Source: Piromyces finnis finn (lineage: Eukaryota > Fungi > Neocallimastigomycota). From it: a stretch of 64,000 nt of DNA. Below the pieces are notes generated by a model. That model was not told where the DNA came from. It saw nothing but the letters and a program-made list of their open reading frames with translations, and did no database searches. This document shows positions 58,986-64,000 of this stretch, in pieces (position 1 is the first letter of the stretch; every line of letters begins with the position of its first letter). Location: contig MCFH01000047.1 of NCBI GenBank assembly GCA_002104945.1, positions 310,001 through 374,000 on the forward strand, given 5' to 3'. Both the position numbers and the translations under genes were made by a program.

Positions 58986-60609
58986 TAAAAAAAAAACTTT
59001 TTTATACCTAAAAAAATTAAATTCTATTATCATTACGCATTACTTTAATCTTAATTTAAACTTGTATCATAAAGTACATATTTTCCATTATATCTATCTT
59101 TTTCTTATTTAAATATACCAAAATAATAATAAATAAATAAATAAATAAATTTTTATTTTATATATAATAACGTTAATCTTAAAGTTTATCCTACCTTTTT
59201 TTTTATTATTATTATTTTAAATTAAAATTTCAGAATATAGTTGATAACTAAATATTATCATTGATTTAATATGAAAATATTATCTTTTGTATTATAATAG
59301 GAGTGAATGAAAAATAATAAAATAAAAAATGATTTTATTTAAATCATTTTAAATGAATATAAAAAGTTTTTGATTTTTAAAGAATAAAAAATTTAAATTT
59401 AAATTTAAATATAACTTATTATTGTATATGTTTATATTTAATATAATCATAATATATATAAATGTATTATTAGTAAATGTTCTTTGATATATTTTTATAA
59501 AAAAGAAAAACACTGATTTGGAAGTATATACATAAAAAAGGTAATACATAATTACTAACAATCATTATCATTAAAAATATACCTTTTCTTTGATATATAC
59601 ATATCATCATCTAGTAATTAACAATTGTAACTATCTTAATACATTATTCTAATTGTTAAATTCTATACTCAAAACTATACCATCTATTAGGGATATTAAA
59701 AAAAAAGAATAAGTGAGATTATCATTGTTAACATTATTCTCGTTTTTAAATATTTTTTATTATCATGTTTTTAAATTCCTTTCATCCCATTCCCTTTTAT
59801 CAAATTAACAAGTTTTCCAACTTTAAAAAAAATTAAATATACAAAAGATAATACCTATTAATACTATTTTAACCTCTTATTATATAATTTAGTAATTAGT
59901 ATAATCATTGAAATAATAATTATAAAAATAAAATAAGAAAGATGAGCTTCCACTAAAAACATCCATATTATCAATGTTTTTTTAAAGACTTAATAGTACA
60001 AAAGAAGTAAATGAATATTTTATTATAATAATTTTAGGATACACATTTTTAATTAAAGTTAAGTATAATTTAATTATAAATGAATATAAATTTTGAGTTT
60101 AAAGTTTTTATAGCCTAATCTTATTAATAATTATATATAAAAAAAAAAGAAAAGAAAAGAAAATAGACAATTAATTATAACATCAACGCTATTTTTTTAA
60201 AGTATTAATAAAAGACTGAATTTAAATTTTTGATTATTTACCATTGAACAGGAGACAAAATTTAATTTATTGGAAAAAAAATATTAAAAAAAAAAAATTA
60301 ATTTTAAAAGTTTTTTTTTTATTTAAATTAAGAAGGTACCGATAAAGCCTCAATTCCTAATAAAAAGATAGAATAAAATGATAATGAAAAGAAGAATTAA
60401 AAGAAAAATGGAAGAATAATAAAAAATTATAATAAATTGTTTTTATTATTATTATTGGTAGTAGTCGTCATTGTTGTATCATGTAATTTCTAAAAATTTA
60501 TTTTGTTACAAGTTTACACGTTAATTTGTTTTATTAAAGCTTTATATTTTAATTAATTATTATTTCATTTCATATATCCTTTAATATCTTTTATCTACAA
60601 GTTTTAAAC

Positions 60610-60735
60610 GTAATTTTCATCTCTTTTTTTCTTCATCAATTACAATTGATTTTTCAATCCTTCAAAACCTTGATTCTTCTGAACACTTCCATATAACAAT
60701 ACCAAAAGATCATTTTATTTTAATGTCATCATGTT
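60610..60735 (-). pseudogene. Possible relic of a protein-kinase exon (subdomain IX-X like)
   Basis: The minus strand reads K*SFGIVIWKC, where TGA replaces the expected Trp. FEGLKNQ follows in a shifted frame. The match is short, with several stops. Confidence 0.3.
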
Positions 60736-61307
60736 AAACAAATACAAAAATTTAATTTATTTATTCATGTTTTAATTATGAAAATAAATTAAATTTAAGC
60801 ATGAAAGATTTAATTATTAATATATTACAATATATTTTAATATACACAAAAATTAATCCTATTTATTTTTTTTAAAAAAAAAAAATTCTTTTTTTTTTAA
60901 AGGTTTTCAATTTTTCTCTTTTTTTTTCTTTTAAAAAAAATTCTTTTAATTTAGTATTATTTTTTTCTTATTATTATTATACGAAAAAAGTTTTAAAAAG
61001 AATAGACCTACAGACTTTTATAAATAATAATACGAATGATATAATATAATATATATTATATTACTTTTTATGTAACATTGTTCCACTTTAAATCTATTTC
61101 TTTTCTTTTTTTTCTTTAATGTAAAGAGAAAAAAAATAATTTAAAGAACTGATTTTATAATGTTAAATAATAACTATTGTTAAATAATCTTAAAACAAGA
61201 AAAAAAAATTAAACTATCATTATTCTATATAGTTTAATATTAGTGAAATTAAAAGTAAATAAAAGAAGAAGAAGGCATACTAAACATTCTCAAACTTTTT
61301 TTTAACT

Positions 61308-61385
61308 AATAAACTCATAATATTCTATTCAATTCAATTGCTTTCAATAAACTCATAATATTCTATTCAATTGTTTTCAATAAAC
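61308..61385. repeat. Short imperfect tandem duplication (aataaactcataatattctattcaatt x2)
   Basis: Directly visible and intergenic. Confidence 0.7.
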
Positions 61386-62421
61386 ATGTTTTTAATTTGT
61401 ATATAAAAATAAGGTAAAGTCATATCAAATAATTATATTTAATATAATATACATACATATATTTTATAATTAAGAAATGAAAAAAAAATAATTATAAAGT
61501 AAAATATATTATATATGTAATTATAAATTAAATTCTCAAACCTTTTCTTTTTTTAAAATATTTAAATATATGCATTGTCAATACAATAAACTATTAAAAT
61601 AATATTATTATTTATATTATTATTATTATTTTGTATAATTTATAATTTAAATATTTTAAAATATAAGATTTTTAAAAAATATTTTTAAATTGTTCTAATT
61701 ATATATTCTAATTTCACTTTTCCTATTTCTATTTTATTATATATCAATTTATATAGATTATTGGTTAAGAAAAAAAACAGTTTTTCTTTTAAATACAATA
61801 CTTTTTAAAAATAAAATAAAAAAAAAATTAAACAATTTCTATTTTAACTTTTTTCAAATATAATCTATTAAAAAAAAAAATACTGGAAATCAGGATTTCT
61901 TTAAAATAATAATAAGAAAAAAATAATAATACTCGAGTTGTTTATAATACCACTTCAAATAATAATACCATCTATTATTAAAAATATTTATGTGTTTCAT
62001 TAAATAAACCATTGAAATAAAAAAGAGAATTTTTTTATTAATTCAAAAATTCAAATAATATTAATAAATCTAATTTACATGTTTTTTTTCTTTAGGGAAA
62101 AAAAAAAATAAAAAAGATTGTATATAAATAGAGTTTATATACTTAATGTTTAAACAAGTTCACATAATTAAATTATCATAGTATATTTAATTATGATAAC
62201 ATAATTATTTAAAAGAATTTTATTTTAATTAAAATAATGTATAATCATACAATAATAATTTTAAAAATTAAAATTTACAAATATATATACATATCTCTTT
62301 AAAAATTTAATTTTAAAAAAGGAAAAAAGGTAATAATATTTTATCGCATAATATAGTATTCATTCAATCGTTTAATAAGAAAAATTACAATAAATTTGTT
62401 AAAAGATTTTCAATTATTAAA

Positions 62422-64000
62422 ATGGATAAAGAAGAATTAAGAGTATATCGTCGTCATACAAACTCAGAAACTTCAGAGTCACTTAAGAAAAATCTATCCA
62501 ATGACTTATTATACAGAGAATGTTTAGAATTATCAAATATCATCTCTAGAGAAATTAAAGATATCATATATCAAGTTAGAAATCCAAAAAAATATCAAGT
62601 TGATATCACTAAACCCGTTAGTAATATTTCAATTAAAGAAGAAAATACTAGTGATAAAGCAACTGACTCAATAAATTCATTAGGCACTACCCAATATAAA
62701 TTTTATAAAAAAGAGCAAAATATTTCGTCTTTTGATATTAATGATGCAATCAAAAAGTTTAATAATGATTCTAAACAAAATATTACAAATTATGATACAA
62801 AACTTTCAACCAAGAAAAATGGAGTATATAATTCGTATGCCTCAAGCCCATCCTTATTATCAATACTACCACATTCTTCTTCTTCAGAAAGTAAAATCAA
62901 TAGTAATAGCATAAAGAATGTACCAACATTAATAGACGAAATAGAAGCTATCAATGAAAGTAATACAGAATATCATTACATAGATGATACTGAAAGAGAC
63001 AATAAAAATGACGAGGAAAAGGAAAATACTGATAGTGATAGTGGTTTACCACCTAAACTTCCAGATGATTACACCTCTTCCCTATCTTCTGCTTCCATTA
63101 CGTCATTAACATTATCACTTTCTACGGGTTCTTCTTTCAGTTCCAAATATAATAATCATAGAAAGAGAAGAAGTAAGTACTCCTCTGGAAGGTCCTCATT
63201 GTCACCATCTTCTTCTCCAGATGCCTCTTTTATAATTAAAAACGGTTATGACCTGTCAAAAGAATCATCTGAAAATAATTCAAACTCAATTTTAAGTATT
63301 ATTGATGAAGATGAAAGTAATATTGAAAATAATAAAAAAGATAAAGATGAATTTAGTAGTATTAGTCCAATTGAGAATGAAAATAATAGTGAAAGTAATG
63401 AAATAATAATTAATAATGTTATTAAAAAACTTGAAAACTCTCTCTATAATAAAGATGACGATCATCAAGACATCAATGAAAAAAATGACAATAATGATGT
63501 TACTACAAACACTGAAATTGAAATTGACAATACGAAAGAAATTGCAAATGATCTTGAAAATGACAATAATATCATTAATGAAAAGGATACCAATGAAATT
63601 GAAATTGATAATCATAATATAGTTGAAGAAAATGACAATGAAATTAAACCTAACAACCATATGATTGAAAACAACGATAACATTAATGAAATTGAAGCTG
63701 ACAACCATATGATTGAAAACAACGATAACATTAATGAAATTGAAATTGACAACCATAATATAGCTGAAAATGACAATGACATTAATGAAATTGAAATTGA
63801 CAACCATAATATAGTTGAAAATGACAATGATATTAATGAAATTGAAATGGATAATAACAAGGTTAAAAATGGCATTGAAAATAACAATGATATTGATGAA
63901 ATTGAAATAGATGATAATAATAATAATAATGTTAATGATAGAAATAGTACTAATAGCAATAATAAACTTGAGAATAAAAAAATCGAAAATGACTCTGAAA
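62422..64000 (+). CDS. 5' part (>=526 aa) of a low-complexity Ser/Asn/acidic protein with internal 16-17-aa repeats; continues beyond the window; absent from the ORF track
   Basis: Read codon by codon from the ATG at 62422 (MDKEELRVYRRHTNSE...) to the window end without a stop. Repeats NEIE(I/A/M)DNH(N/M)I(V/A)ENDNDI lie at ~63590-63910. Confidence 0.8.
   Translation, partial: MDKEELRVYRRHTNSETSESLKKNLSNDLLYRECLELSNIISREIKDIIYQVRNPKKYQVDITKPVSNISIKEENTSDKATDSINSLGTTQYKFYKKEQNISSFDINDAIKKFNNDSKQNITNYDTKLSTKKNGVYNSYASSPSLLSILPHSSSSESKINSNSIKNVPTLIDEIEAINESNTEYHYIDDTERDNKNDEEKENTDSDSGLPPKLPDDYTSSLSSASITSLTLSLSTGSSFSSKYNNHRKRRSKYSSGRSSLSPSSSPDASFIIKNGYDLSKESSENNSNSILSIIDEDESNIENNKKDKDEFSSISPIENENNSESNEIIINNVIKKLENSLYNKDDDHQDINEKNDNNDVTTNTEIEIDNTKEIANDLENDNNIINEKDTNEIEIDNHNIVEENDNEIKPNNHMIENNDNINEIEADNHMIENNDNINEIEIDNHNIAENDNDINEIEIDNHNIVENDNDINEIEMDNNKVKNGIENNNDIDEIEIDDNNNNNVNDRNSTNSNNKLENKKIENDSE

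Overview
Extremely AT-rich, intron-containing eukaryotic DNA. It is most consistent with an anaerobic gut fungus (Neocallimastigomycota), inferred from base composition, a CBM1-bearing CAZyme and SBP-7TM fusion genes. All exon models were spliced by hand and sum to whole codons. From left to right the window holds SVP26/TEX261 (+), the RNA polymerase I largest subunit (-), a PP2A catalytic subunit (-), a probable decayed secreted LRR/TM gene (-), a CE8 pectin methylesterase-CBM1 (+), a 45-bp minisatellite and an intronless 1135-aa coiled-coil gene (+). Next comes a tandem array of four intact 5-exon genes (-), each encoding signal peptide + bacterial-type sugar solute-binding domain (PBP type II) + 7TM class-C-like GPCR domain. 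After it lie a ~6.7-kb gene-free tract with a 161-bp foldback, an acidic 521-aa orphan (+), a head-to-head pair of intronless HSL-family esterases, and a long ORF missing from the ORF track that runs off the right end. The SBP-GPCR array is the strongest candidate system. The architecture is known from gut-fungal transcriptomes, but as far as I know its ligands and signalling are not. No rRNA, tRNA, CRISPR array or intact transposon was recognised.
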